Positions 11,003 to 21,368 of a DNA stretch of 64,000 nucleotides are shown in pieces. The DNA is from Giardia intestinalis. Its lineage: Eukaryota. The stretch is from NCBI GenBank assembly GCA_000002435.2, contig CM018789.1. One strand, given 5' to 3'. Position numbers and translations under genes: made by a program. The notes beneath the pieces are model-generated. The model was given only the letters and a program-made list of their open reading frames with translations, searched no databases and was not told the DNA's origin. Each line of letters opens with the position of its first letter. Within the stretch, counting starts at the first letter, position 1.

Positions 11003-12070
11003 ATGCCCTTTCCTGGTCTATTCCGTAATAGCAATTATCCCGGAGAATACGCCCATCTAGCGCAGGATGCGGAGGCTGTTCTCAACGACAAAGCATATGA
11101 TTCCTTCAACCTCGTCTCGCAGCACAATTTAACCCCTCACACTTCTTTGACTACTATGCTCACGACTTCCCACAGAGGCCCGCCGAAAATCACTGAATCT
11201 CTCAGCATCGCTAGGCCACGTGGCTCTTTCCGAGGGTCTGTTGATTCTCAGGGAACATTAAGTGGGTCCTACACGACGTCCATTTTGCCTGGGCCCCGGT
11301 ACCGTAACGCCGCGCGTCTACGCCTATTAGGTGATGTGCACTCCTTCAGTGCAGAGAAGTCAAAGAAGGTCATGGCAACCGGCCGTGCCGAGCTCCACGT
11401 CGAAGGAGGAGACTACTCGCTCTCCGGTCTCTATAGCCTCCCAGGACACATCATAGCGGGCTCATACTTACAGGGATTTGGAGACAGGATAGCTGTGGGG
11501 TGTGAGATTGTGCGGCCTCCGCAAACGGATCCCTCTGTCAAGCCGGGTACCTCACCTATTGCCATGGCGGCAGGGGGAATCCGTTACACTAATATCAGCC
11601 GTGAGCGTAGTTCCGATCCAGGGATAATAGCCACGGCCCAGGTGAACACGGAGAAGACCGCGAATGCTTCCCTGCTTGCCCAGCTCTCTGGAGAGCTTGC
11701 TGTCGCAGCTTCTGTCAACGCGGACTTCTGTGGCTTCAGGTCTCCAGAACAAAAAGATGTCACAAAAGATCGCTCGGCCCTGTCAGGCCTTCTCAATGGC
11801 TTGAAGAAGACGCGTCTATCTGCATCATGTGGATTTACTAAACTGTTAAAAAGCTCGCAGGTTACGGTGAACTGCAACACGTACGGAGAGGTGTGCTGCG
11901 ACGTGCGGCATGCAATGCAGGATGGCACGGTTGCGGAGGTCATCGGGAGTCTCGACATTTTCTCAGGCCGCACGACCGTTGGGGTGGGCCTTGTGTTGTC
12001 AGAGCAGGCGCTCCCTCGCTTTATTCACAAGGCGGTTCGGAAGGCCAACTCTTCGAGCAATCACAAGTAA
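11003..12070 (+). CDS. Hypothetical protein; possible beta-barrel (Tom40/porin-like) pattern
   Basis: The track ORF starts at GTG 10979; the first ATG is 11003. The C-terminal two-thirds show alternating hydrophobic/polar beta-strand-like segments (e.g. 'AELHVEGGDYSLSGLYSL', 'IAVGCEIV', 'TVGVGLVLS'). Confidence 0.5.
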   Translation: MPFPGLFRNSNYPGEYAHLAQDAEAVLNDKAYDSFNLVSQHNLTPHTSLTTMLTTSHRGPPKITESLSIARPRGSFRGSVDSQGTLSGSYTTSILPGPRYRNAARLRLLGDVHSFSAEKSKKVMATGRAELHVEGGDYSLSGLYSLPGHIIAGSYLQGFGDRIAVGCEIVRPPQTDPSVKPGTSPIAMAAGGIRYTNISRERSSDPGIIATAQVNTEKTANASLLAQLSGELAVAASVNADFCGFRSPEQKDVTKDRSALSGLLNGLKKTRLSASCGFTKLLKSSQVTVNCNTYGEVCCDVRHAMQDGTVAEVIGSLDIFSGRTTVGVGLVLSEQALPRFIHKAVRKANSSSNHK

Positions 12071-12088
12071 AGCCAAAATTCCAAAAAC

Positions 12089-13285
12089 ATGGCAGAGCTT
12101 TTCGAACGGACCGCCCATTACCGCGACGACAAGAACTACGATCGTACTATCGAAGGGCGTCGCATCTTTGATGAAGAGCGGCGTAAGCGAATCTTCAACC
12201 CTTCACTTCGCACCATGGGGGTGGACGTCGACGCCTTGGACCTGCAAACCGCAGAGCGACGTGCGCGCGAGGCTGCGGAGCTTATGGAGCAAATAGATGC
12301 CGAAGAGCGTCTTCTCGCTGCCAATCGGTTCCTCACCCAGCGGGAGCGTGAGTTTCATCGCATGAGGCTGCTTCGCGACCGTCAAATTGCAGAGTTCAAC
12401 TTTGAGAACATCCGCCCAGAATACAGCAGGGAGTATGACATTCACCGCAAGGACGTTCTCAAAGTGGACAATCCCATACGGCAGGACACAGTAGCACTGG
12501 AGCCCAGCACCATGCTTCTCAACACCGACGGGACTGCTAAGATGGTTACGCGAACTATTCCAGACAGTAAGCTAGGCGTTTCCTCGGGACAAGTGTTCGA
12601 CGGAGAAGATCTCGAAAGAGCAGAGCGTGAACAGCTGATGCGCGACGAGATGCGCGCAGCACTAGAGCAGCAAATCTATCAGGCTAGAGCAAAGCGTGAG
12701 GCTGAAAAGCTGCAGGATCTTGAAGACCAGCTTCGAGAGCTGAAGATTTGTGATTACCTGAGCCAGGTTGAGCGCGACTTCCACGCCACCAGACGCCAAG
12801 AAAGGATCAATCTGAAACATGACCAGATGCGCCAGGCAGAGCTGGATGCCTACAAAAGAGCGGAGGAGAAGCGTCGGGACGATTGCGAGACCTTGCAGCA
12901 CCATGCAAACTTTGGTAGCTCCAAGCTCATGATGGAGATACCTTCTGCTGGTGTTCCCATGGAGTACAAGGGCTGGAGCGACGAGGATCGCGAGGAGCAC
13001 ATGCGACAGCTCGCTCAACAATGTTTGGATGATAAGAAGAAGCGCAGGGCCGAGCTGGAAGAGAAGATTCTTTGGGAGACTAAGCAATTGAACGTCAACA
13101 GAGACCTGACGCTGCGCGATAACGAGCTCAAGAAGGAGAAGAGGCGCATTGCTTACGAGCAAAGGGCACAGCTGGAGTACCTGTCTGAGGAAGAAAAAGC
13201 TCGAGAAATAGCAAGGATCCAGGAGCTGGGTAGAAACGAGATCACTGATGACTTCTTCAAGCACTTTCAAAAAACCTCCAGGTGA
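12089..13285 (+). CDS. Charged (E/R/K-rich) coiled-coil hypothetical protein
   Basis: 398-aa ORF with ATG start, 18 bp after the previous stop. AGTAAAC at 13286-13292 immediately after the stop. Confidence 0.6.
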   Translation: MAELFERTAHYRDDKNYDRTIEGRRIFDEERRKRIFNPSLRTMGVDVDALDLQTAERRAREAAELMEQIDAEERLLAANRFLTQREREFHRMRLLRDRQIAEFNFENIRPEYSREYDIHRKDVLKVDNPIRQDTVALEPSTMLLNTDGTAKMVTRTIPDSKLGVSSGQVFDGEDLERAEREQLMRDEMRAALEQQIYQARAKREAEKLQDLEDQLRELKICDYLSQVERDFHATRRQERINLKHDQMRQAELDAYKRAEEKRRDDCETLQHHANFGSSKLMMEIPSAGVPMEYKGWSDEDREEHMRQLAQQCLDDKKKRRAELEEKILWETKQLNVNRDLTLRDNELKKEKRRIAYEQRAQLEYLSEEEKAREIARIQELGRNEITDDFFKHFQKTSR

Positions 13286-13306
13286 AGTAAACACGTTTGA
13301 CAGCGC

Positions 13307-13777
13307 ATGAAGGAGCCTGCGCTTCTTCTTCATTGTCGGAGGGCAGATCTAGAAGAGAGGTACAAACTGCTCGGGCTCCTGTACATCTGTATTGAGGAGG
13401 ACTATGGGAAGTTCTGGGGAAAGGAGAGAGCGTACAAATTCACGCACAGCACTATTCTCCACGAATGCATGGATAGAAACATTGCAACCACGTATGTCGC
13501 CGAGTCTTACAACGGGCTCCTCGCTTTTGCTGTCACGACCGCGGCGGAGATCCTTTACCTTGTTGTCCTCCCACAGTTCCGAGACAAGGGCATTGGCCGG
13601 CGCCTGTTGAGCTTCGTTGAGGGCACAATGCTCCTGACCACGCATCGCCTAGAGGCCCGGATAAACAAGCTCAACCGAAGCGGGCTGGAGCTATTTTTAT
13701 CAAACGGGTGGAAGATGGTCACTTATAAGGAGACAGATGAAGAAGTCACGCTAGCCCTTGAGCGACGTCACTTCTGA
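13307..13777 (+). CDS. GNAT-family N-acetyltransferase (putative)
   Basis: 'YLVVLPQFRDKGIGRRLLSFVEG' resembles GNAT motif A (Q/R-x-x-G-x-G/A). Size is 156 aa. Confidence 0.5.
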   Translation: MKEPALLLHCRRADLEERYKLLGLLYICIEEDYGKFWGKERAYKFTHSTILHECMDRNIATTYVAESYNGLLAFAVTTAAEILYLVVLPQFRDKGIGRRLLSFVEGTMLLTTHRLEARINKLNRSGLELFLSNGWKMVTYKETDEEVTLALERRHF

Positions 13778-13807
13778 TTCATTTGCTGATTTGGACGGAA
13801 TAAATTT

Positions 13808-15232
13808 ATGATGGGCTCCTTGGGGGCTGCTGAGCACTACGAGAAAGCCTGTACTGCCTACTCGCAGCGCGTTAACGACATTGTCCAGCTACTGAAGCGT
13901 CTGGATACCCTTCATAGTGATGGTTCCGCGGCATTTGATTCTAATAACCGCGATAGATACTTGACCTTCTATCGTGCGCAGGACTCCTTACTAGAAGCTA
14001 TGATTACAGACATATCGCCGATTGAAGGCGTCCCCACCTATCTTAAGCGCTTGCTCAAGAGCCTTGCAGAGTTGGTGGGGGCTCTCCGACTTCTAAACGG
14101 CTGCTGCGTCAGAGATCTAGAAGGCATTTTCGCGTGGATCGATGAACATAGCTTTGAGAAGGCGCAAGAACAGAGGGACTTCTTCAAGATGCAAGCTGAG
14201 GCTGCAGGGAGAAAGCTCGAAGAGGCCACTGCTCTCAACACCTCTCTCACAAAGGAGATGGAACAGCTTGTGTGTCGCTATGAGGCGCAGGCTCGACAGA
14301 AAGAGAATCAGGCGAGCAAGATGCTTGACGAGTACAAGAAGCTGTTCAGAGACATCGCAGGCAAAGCTTCAAGGTACGTAAAATCTGAGGAGCATGCTCT
14401 GCTGGGCCAAGAGGCAGTCTCAGATCATGAACTTCTTTCGACACAGATACAGATAGGCAGTAGAGCAATTGACACTTTGGATCCTGGACTGCCGATAAAT
14501 GATGAACTACTTGAATTCACGAGTCACACCGCTTCCAACTTGGTTGATCTTCTATTACGTTTAGTAGAGGCAGAAGGCAGACGTCACCCCTTGTCGGAGT
14601 CGGCAGAAGCTGAGATGATCAAGTACAGCGGTCCGGAGTCAGTAAGACTTGATGCCCTGGAAGCGCAGCAAGCTGCATTGTACAGACAGATCAATAGGCA
14701 AGATGAACGATTGGAAAGGTTTGATGCACAGAACCATCCCGTTCCCATGTCGATGCTCGACGAGTTGGCTAGGGATGCTTCAGAGCTAAAGGGAAAGTCA
14801 GCTGAGCAGACACAACACATCGCTGAACTATTGGGTATTCAGTATGAGTCGATTATACCAGTTGGTTACAGTCGCGAGCGCCCTCAATCTTCTCACAATA
14901 ATCCCTCAGACTGTCTAAAGGAAATAGTGGACTCTCTTATGTTTTCAACAGCGTGCATATGTAACTTGCATGCAGTGGTTGGCTATGGGATTGATTCATA
15001 TGCGATTATAGACACAGTAAAGGCGGAGTCCGATAGGAAGCGAAGAGTGTCCAGAAAAAGGAAAAGGATGGCAGGGACTGTCAGTGCAAGAGACATGATA
15101 TCTTCTGCGCTTGATGCCTCTGATCTTGGAGCTAAGAGCAATGTTGCAACAACACAAGAGGTTCCGTTGGGCGACTTGACGCCTAGTGGACAGCGAACAT
15201 ATACGGTTCGGGCGCAGCTAATGCAACTGTGA
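13808..15232 (+). CDS. Hypothetical coiled-coil protein (474 aa); 3' 1170 bp lie inside the left palindrome arm
   Basis: ATG start. From codon ~86 onward it is identical to the truncated copy at 29216-30394 (-). Confidence 0.6.
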   Translation: MMGSLGAAEHYEKACTAYSQRVNDIVQLLKRLDTLHSDGSAAFDSNNRDRYLTFYRAQDSLLEAMITDISPIEGVPTYLKRLLKSLAELVGALRLLNGCCVRDLEGIFAWIDEHSFEKAQEQRDFFKMQAEAAGRKLEEATALNTSLTKEMEQLVCRYEAQARQKENQASKMLDEYKKLFRDIAGKASRYVKSEEHALLGQEAVSDHELLSTQIQIGSRAIDTLDPGLPINDELLEFTSHTASNLVDLLLRLVEAEGRRHPLSESAEAEMIKYSGPESVRLDALEAQQAALYRQINRQDERLERFDAQNHPVPMSMLDELARDASELKGKSAEQTQHIAELLGIQYESIIPVGYSRERPQSSHNNPSDCLKEIVDSLMFSTACICNLHAVVGYGIDSYAIIDTVKAESDRKRRVSRKRKRMAGTVSARDMISSALDASDLGAKSNVATTQEVPLGDLTPSGQRTYTVRAQLMQL

Positions 15233-15294
15233 AATTCTTTGATGCATGGATGAGTGGGGACCAGGTATGTAGTTGACTGACGCTTTGCAAGTAG

Positions 15295-16197
15295 TCATAG
15301 AATATGCTCCAGTGCACGCGCAACGTAATATTTAATCAGCGAGATTATCGCATACGCTTGCCTGGCCATAAAGGCGAGCATGTGCTTGTCGGCTCGCCAC
15401 GCAATCAGAAATTCGAGCTTGCCATGCTCTACGTCCACTGTCCATGAGTGTATGGAGTGTAAAGGATGAAGCGCAAGTTTGTTGTGTGTTTCACGATCAT
15501 ATATATGTAGAGCCTTAGAATCTACCGCTAGAAAAACAGAGACAGGGTCGTTGGGAGAGAGATATGTAGCCTCAAAGAATTCCATCCTAGTGAGATCGAC
15601 GCTATCGATGAATTCTACGAAAAGTCTGTGAGTCTGCACTGTGGGATGTCCCCTGGCCTTGGCCCGAGAGAGAACCAGAACATCCCAATCTTTGGCTGTG
15701 CGCTTGCTTCGTATGCACGGATGGATGTAGCGTTCTATATTTTGTGCCACAACTCCCGGTGACAGTGGATCCTTGTCTAGTAAAAGACGCAAAGATGCAA
15801 ATTCAACGACATTATCTTCTGACGGGGGTATAGGCAGACGCATGTAGTCCTCGATACCCTGGGCCACGGCAAGAAAACTATAGGGAGAGTTTTCAGTGAC
15901 ACTTGGGTTTGTCGTGTGCTGGGGTAGCCTCCGAAGTAAGAAGGGAGAAAGCCCGTCTGGGATATTGACTTGTTGAAGGTATAGTTCCAGAGGACGGTCG
16001 CTGGTCTGAAGAATGCGCGCGCCTGTCTCTTCTCGGAGGAATAGAGATAGGTCTTGAGTATGGTCCTCCAGCCCCATTGCTTTGCATAGTGCTTTAATGG
16101 CCTCGATCGTTGTGGCTCCCAGAGTAAGGGAGACCTCTGTTTCTGCTCCTCCCGGAGCTTGTGCTCGTAAAGTGTGGGCAAAGCGTGCAAGATCCAT
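15295..16197 (-). CDS. Hypothetical 300-aa protein with possible FERM-like three-lobe organisation (left-arm copy)
   Basis: The track starts at TTG (16209); the first ATG gives MDLARFAHTL... The C-terminal 'FLAVDSKALHIYDRETHNKLALHPLHSIHSWTVDVEHGKLEFLI' resembles a FERM-C/PTB-like lobe and the N-terminus is ubiquitin-like. Identical to 28251-29153 (+). Confidence 0.5.
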   Translation of the reverse strand: MDLARFAHTLRAQAPGGAETEVSLTLGATTIEAIKALCKAMGLEDHTQDLSLFLREETGARILQTSDRPLELYLQQVNIPDGLSPFLLRRLPQHTTNPSVTENSPYSFLAVAQGIEDYMRLPIPPSEDNVVEFASLRLLLDKDPLSPGVVAQNIERYIHPCIRSKRTAKDWDVLVLSRAKARGHPTVQTHRLFVEFIDSVDLTRMEFFEATYLSPNDPVSVFLAVDSKALHIYDRETHNKLALHPLHSIHSWTVDVEHGKLEFLIAWRADKHMLAFMARQAYAIISLIKYYVARALEHIL

Positions 16198-18817
16198 TGA
16201 ATCAATCAACTCTTTTAAAGTTCATTGCCCCCGCTATGTTAACGACAATCCTCCGGTCATATCTACAGGTGTGTGAGTATCTTTGGGGCTGCAATGTCCG
16301 TCGTACTGCCTGGACGCAATGCTGAACCAGAGAGAGCTGCCATATGAATGTGCGTATATTGAGCTTAACAGAGTTAGGTTCGGCGCTATCGAGTTGTAAC
16401 ACGGTCTAGAACTACTCTATTCATAACTATGAATGCATTTCAGACAGAGCGAGGACCTATAGGTGCTATTCTCTGTGAGGATATCTGACAAATACAACTG
16501 TGATTGCTTTGGAGAAGCTGCTTATGTTAGTACTCTGGCACTTCTTCACGAAGTGCTTTGTTGACCTGCCATTAGGACGATGACTGTTCTTTGAAGCCTC
16601 TAACATGGGCCCTACGAACGTGCGTTCTTGTAGTTTCATCTCTTTATCTGGAGGCTACGTTCTCTAATGTCACGCTCTTATGGTGGCGGTAGGTCTTTGC
16701 AATCTATGGATTGAGTTACGATAAAACTTGTAATCTGTGTTTGAACTCGGAAAGCCACCGACATGTTAGAATAAGTTTAGACCATATTTACTGAATTGCT
16801 CCTTTTGCAATCAGGAGCTGCACTAGCTAAGGCTTTGCTTAACTTCTTTAGCACCTCGTAGTACAGCTGTTCAGCCCATTTGAGTTGGCACACCCTTCTG
16901 CTCAAGGTTGCAGAGGCCTACAGATTAGAATGCAGTGCTAACTGCCCCCTCAGCGTGGGCGTCTGATGGTATTTATGACACTGTATTCTATGACTCTCTA
17001 GAATTATCTGTGACACTTAGGCATATATATTTTGGTAATTCTGGCTTTTTGGCAGAGGGTTACGGAACTTAACCCTCGGGGATACCCTTTTACGGCATAT
17101 TTAAGGGTTCGTTCTATCTTCCACGGACTATTGAAACGTTGATCATAAGATCAGAGGAAAGCCACTATAAGGTGTCCTCGAGCTATCAGTCACAGCATGG
17201 AATAGGTAGCCCTTAAAGGTTACCATGCAATTCAGTGCCCTTTGAAAATCAGCACTAAGGCCTACTATATCAGCGATACTTAGAAGTATAGATAAGGCGC
17301 GCACACCCATGCAGATTGTGTATGTATAGCAGCGTGCATTGTGAGTTCATAGTGAAGCTATGATATGGGGCAGAACCCCGCTTAGACGATAAAGTCATTC
17401 GCGGTGCTTTACTTGGCACATTTACTCCGGTTCTGAGAAGCGTTATGAAAACACGGAGTCAGTGATGTGAACAAAGAGCGTGCAATGAACTGGGAATCAT
17501 CGAGGTTAATAGAATGGCGCGAAGCGAGTGTTATCTACCGCCCTGTTAGGCTACAGGTGTCGGTGTTCCTGGTTGTCAGTAGAGCTGCACAGATCCTACG
17601 ATTCCAAGAGCTGACCCCTCCCGAGAGCATTAGCAAGCGCTTATAGTGACGCGGAGTAGAGGCTGACCAATGCAAGTCGACGCACACTGTGCGACATAGA
17701 GGGGAGCGCCAAGCCGTAGCAGTAGGACTTTTACTGCGTGGTTTGCTGGCTCGCAACGCAGGAGATAACGTGTCTGTATCGACCAGTTTATCTGTTCAAG
17801 ATTGGGGACAGCTTAGACAGAGGTTGCAGACAGGAACTGGTTAGCTTGCTTGTCAGAAACTGGAGGCCTGATTTCTCCGCGTCCTACATGTGGGTTCAAA
17901 GAATGGTGGATCCGGAGACAGACACGCAAATGATAAAAAATGGCAACTCATTACAACCTCCCCGGGCGTCTGCTCCCACCTTTTGCAAGCATTTGTATGC
18001 TAGAGGAGCTTTAGTGCAGAGAATTCTGATGACGCAGGCAGCTTCTCGGTGGTTAGCATCCACGTAGAGAGTCCCGTCTCTTGAGACCTGCAGATTCAGT
18101 ACGCGCTTAGGAGTTACGGGTATGGATACTCTAAGACAGACGTGTCTATGGATGCAGCTGGGTACCAGTACTTGTCCCTGCATTAACCGTTGCCATGATT
18201 GGGTTGTGCAGCGTGTCCTGTCCGCTGACCCGAGATAGCACGTTTGGACAATGCCGCTTTCTATGCGGGCCTGGAAGAATTAAGCTTTTTGAAGTGTTGC
18301 CAGTCAACCCATCGCACAATGAGAGGCTGTACCAATAGCCTAGCGAAGCATCAGAAACAAGCCGTGCACGTTCCAGACCGGAGTGCCCAGCAAGCCAGTC
18401 TGTTGCTAGCATACACCTCCTACAGGCTTCTCGGTTGCCACAATCTCCTTTCGGAATCCTGCAAAGAACCGTTTCTGGGCTTATCCCGGATGCCGGGCTT
18501 TGAGTATGACCCGCGCAGGACCAGCAGCAGGCATAAAGCGTAGAGAATACCCAGGATGCCAGCTAATTCCACAGAGTAAGGGAGGTAGGCACAAAGGACA
18601 GCGCTGTTGTCTATTTCTGAAGTGTCTGTTCCCGCTGCACAGAGGGGTCGCAGAGTCTGTATTCGGCGGAGAAAGGGGCTACGCAAGGGACGCGTCTAAC
18701 GCTTGACGAAGTCATATTTCTCAACCAGAGACACATAAAAGGGTTTCCTTAGACTAGTCATCGTAGATACAACAACCAGATTCTTAGGCTTGGGTGCTTG
18801 AGATTATTAAGAAGATT

Positions 18818-18850
18818 CTTACCCGTATAAGTGAGCTGAGAAGGATTTTA
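18818..18850 (+). promoter_or_regulatory. Conserved VSP 5' proximal element 'cttacccgtataagtgagctgagaaggatttta' abutting the ATG
   Basis: Aligns with 'cttaccctataataagctgagggaaacttca' at 63131-63151 in front of the third VSP. Mirror copy at 25598-25630 (-). Confidence 0.5.
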
Positions 18851-20899
18851 ATGTTGCTTGCAATTTTCTACTTTGTGATAAGCACTCTTACAGCAAAGTG
18901 TACTACGCAGACACAAACTTGTGAAGCTGAGAAGTGCGAAATGGTTGGTGAAACAGAAATCTGTACACGGTGTCAAACAGGAAAAGTTCCAATTGATGGA
19001 AAGTGCGTAGATGCTACTGCTAATGCAAACTGCAAAAACGCTAGCGGTGATGGTGATGCAAACCAAGTCTGCGGAAAATGCATAGGAGCTAACTTTTTCA
19101 TGTATAAGGGCGGATGCTATGATAAAGAGAAGGTACCGGGAAATACTCTGTGCACAACTGTGTCACCAGATGGAGTATGCTCAGTAGCTGCGAATGAATA
19201 CTTTGTTCCACCAAATGCGGATGCTACTCATGATTCAGTCGTATCATGTTCTGAGGAAACCCCAATACATCTTGCTAATAACAAGCAGTACATAGGCGTA
19301 GCGGGATGTGCTACTTGCAGTGCTCCTAAGGCTCCTGGTGAAGACAACACCCCAAAGGCTGCTACGTGTACTAAGTGTGCAGCAGGATTTCTACATACTC
19401 CATCTGAAGGACTGAGTTCATGCGAAGAAACATGCCCAGAGGGATACTTCGGGCACACAGCTACTGCTGAAAGCAAGAAGACTTGCAAATCATGCACAGG
19501 CGGATCTAGCGAAGCACCGAATGTAAAGGGTATTGGAGACTGTCTGAAGTGCATGTACAATGAGGCTAGCGGCAATACCCTTACGTGCGAAAAATGCAGT
19601 GCACAAAAGAAGCCAAGTCTAGATAAAACAAGTTGTAATGATTGTACAGGTCAAAACTGCGCTTTCTGTAGTTCTAGTGGGGGAGACTGTGAGGGATGTG
19701 ACTCTGGTTTCATCTTGGATGGACAAAACTGTGTTAAGAGCGACTGCAAGACTGAGAACTGCAAGGCGTGCACCAATCCGAAGGCAGCAAACGAGGTCTG
19801 CACAGAGTGCATCTCCACTCACCATCTCACGCCGACAAGTCAATGTGTGCAGTACTGTCAAGCACTTGGAAACTACTATGCTGGCACTAATGCTGACAAC
19901 AAAAAGGCATGCAAGGAGTGCACTGTGGCTAACTGCAAAACTTGCAATGATCAGGGGCAGTGTCAAACATGCAACGACGGATTCTATAAAAACGGCGACG
20001 CATGCTCTCCGTGCCACGAAAGCTGCAAGACATGCAGCGCAGGCACTGCCAGCGACTGCACCGAGTGTCCCACTGGAAAAGCACTTAAGTATGGAAACGA
20101 CGGTACTAAGGGCACGTGTGGAGAAGGCTGCACAACAGGCCAAGGCAGCGGTGCCTGCAAAACGTGTGGGCTCACTATCGATGGTGCTAGCTACTGCTCT
20201 GAGTGTGATACACAAAATGAATATCCTCAAAATGGGATCTGTACTTCAACGACCGCTCGTACTGTGGCTACTTGTAAGAATAGCAACGTTGCCAATGGCA
20301 TATGTAGCTCATGTACCAATGGATTTCTTCGTATGAACGGAGGCTGCTATGAGACGACCAAGTTTCCGGGAAAGAGCGTCTGCGAAGGTGCAAACGCAGA
20401 CGCAGACACGTGCAAAGCACCTGTTCCAGGTTACAAAGTAGAGGCAGGAAAGCTTGTGATGTGCTCTAAGGGCTGTGACACGTGCAGCGACGCAACTACT
20501 TGTACAAAATGTGGAGATGGATACACAAAAATTGAAAACAGCCAAACATGCACAAAGTGTGATTCCAGCTGTGAAACATGTACTGGAGCAGCTACAACAT
20601 GTAAGGTGTGTGCTACAGGATACTACAAGACCGCATTGGGAGAAAGTACGTGCACATCCTGCGAAAATGATAGCAACGGAGTCATCGGTGTCAAGGGCTG
20701 CTTAAACTGCGCTCCTCCATCGTCTAGTACTGGCTCCGTTCTCTGCTACCTCATGAAAGGTGAGAATACTGGTGGAAGCGTCAACAAGAGCGGCCTTTCC
20801 ACTGGCGCCATCGCGGGGATCTCCGTCGCAGCCGTCGTCGTCGTGGCCGGCCTTGTGGGCTTCCTCTGCTGGTGGTTCATCTGCCGTGGAAAGGCGTAG
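18851..20899 (+). CDS. Variant-specific surface protein (VSP), left-arm copy
   Basis: Signal peptide [15 protein letters not shown]. Many CXXC and GGCY motifs. C-terminal TM helix followed by CRGKA. The track ORF begins at GTG 18794; the true start is the ATG at 18851, and the paralog at 63152 has a stop codon in the equivalent upstream frame. AGTAAAC at 20908-20914. Confidence 0.93.
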   Translation: MLLAIFYFVISTLTAKCTTQTQTCEAEKCEMVGETEICTRCQTGKVPIDGKCVDATANANCKNASGDGDANQVCGKCIGANFFMYKGGCYDKEKVPGNTLCTTVSPDGVCSVAANEYFVPPNADATHDSVVSCSEETPIHLANNKQYIGVAGCATCSAPKAPGEDNTPKAATCTKCAAGFLHTPSEGLSSCEETCPEGYFGHTATAESKKTCKSCTGGSSEAPNVKGIGDCLKCMYNEASGNTLTCEKCSAQKKPSLDKTSCNDCTGQNCAFCSSSGGDCEGCDSGFILDGQNCVKSDCKTENCKACTNPKAANEVCTECISTHHLTPTSQCVQYCQALGNYYAGTNADNKKACKECTVANCKTCNDQGQCQTCNDGFYKNGDACSPCHESCKTCSAGTASDCTECPTGKALKYGNDGTKGTCGEGCTTGQGSGACKTCGLTIDGASYCSECDTQNEYPQNGICTSTTARTVATCKNSNVANGICSSCTNGFLRMNGGCYETTKFPGKSVCEGANADADTCKAPVPGYKVEAGKLVMCSKGCDTCSDATTCTKCGDGYTKIENSQTCTKCDSSCETCTGAATTCKVCATGYYKTALGESTCTSCENDSNGVIGVKGCLNCAPPSSSTGSVLCYLMKGENTGGSVNKSGLSTGAIAGISVAAVVVVAGLVGFLCWWFICRGKA

Positions 20900-20907
20900 A
20901 CTTAGGT

Positions 20908-20914
20908 AGTAAAC
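20908..20914 (+). terminator. Giardia polyadenylation signal AGTAAAC, 9 nt after VSP stop (mirror copy on the minus strand at 23534-23540)
   Basis: Matches the AGTPuAAPy consensus known for Giardia mRNAs. Similar motifs at 3743-3749, 4328-4334, 10958-10964, 13286-13292, 45742-45748 and 53552-53558(-). Confidence 0.7.
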
Positions 20915-21368
20915 GCGTCACTGTATATGGCTTATTACGCTGTGCTGCTGGGGCTATCTGAGAGCGGTCCAGAGATCATGCGAGTGGGCCCGCTCCTTCC
21001 TGGCCAGTCTAAGGACGAGGGTTGAGTATGGATAACATAATGAAAGAGTCCTCTTCAGTGACACATCCAGAATCTGGGCATTCCTCGCCGCTCCATGAGG
21101 ATATGCTCTGTCTGGATGTCCATGCCGATCTGCCTTGGATTCAGGTCTTCTCGCAGACTCTCTGCTCTACCAGTGGCGCCTCTCCTTGGCCTGCCGTCTG
21201 GTGGGTGAAGCTCCAGTCGCCGTCTTTTTTAGATGCTCCCGTCTGACTCGGTGATTGCTGTCGGGCCCTCCGCTGGCTGGGCCCCTCGGTGTCCGGGCAG
21301 CTGTGGCCCGGGTCAGCGCTCCCACAGTCGCGGTCGCTTGGGTCCCAGCGGGTTCGGATGATGGGTGA

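Larger units (their letters stand above)
14065..21368. repeat. Left arm of large perfect inverted repeat (palindrome), ~7.3 kb
   Basis: Every ORF in every frame between 14065 and 21368 has an identical reverse-orientation twin whose coordinates sum to 44448. Spot checks of the DNA (VSP start region, 21241-21368) are exact reverse complements. Confidence 0.9.

Noticed and set aside
12662-13333. 223-aa Leu-rich ORF antisense to the 398-aa E/R-rich coiled-coil gene; similar antisense ORFs opposite the 1448-aa coiled-coil gene (31453-34854 +)
   Set aside because: The antisense of GAA/GAG/AAG-rich coiled-coil codons gives Leu/Phe/Ser-rich open frames automatically. No independent support.
18794-18850. 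5' extensions of ORFs in the supplied track that begin at GTG/TTG (VSP 18794, cyclophilin 3783, cyt b5 30407, RPS5 54201, 10979, 16209, 48348, 53534)
   Set aside because: This is a eukaryote. The codon at these coordinates is not ATG, so CDS starts were moved to the first in-frame ATG, supported by homolog N-termini (cyclophilin, RPS5, VSP signal peptide).
19619-20336. 203-aa antisense ORF and 232-aa alternate-frame ORF inside the VSP gene (and mirrored 24112-24829)
   Set aside because: Shadow ORFs of a long genuine CDS. The VSP frame carries the diagnostic CXXC/CRGKA features, and the others are Ala/Ser/Thr/Leu-rich with no motifs.
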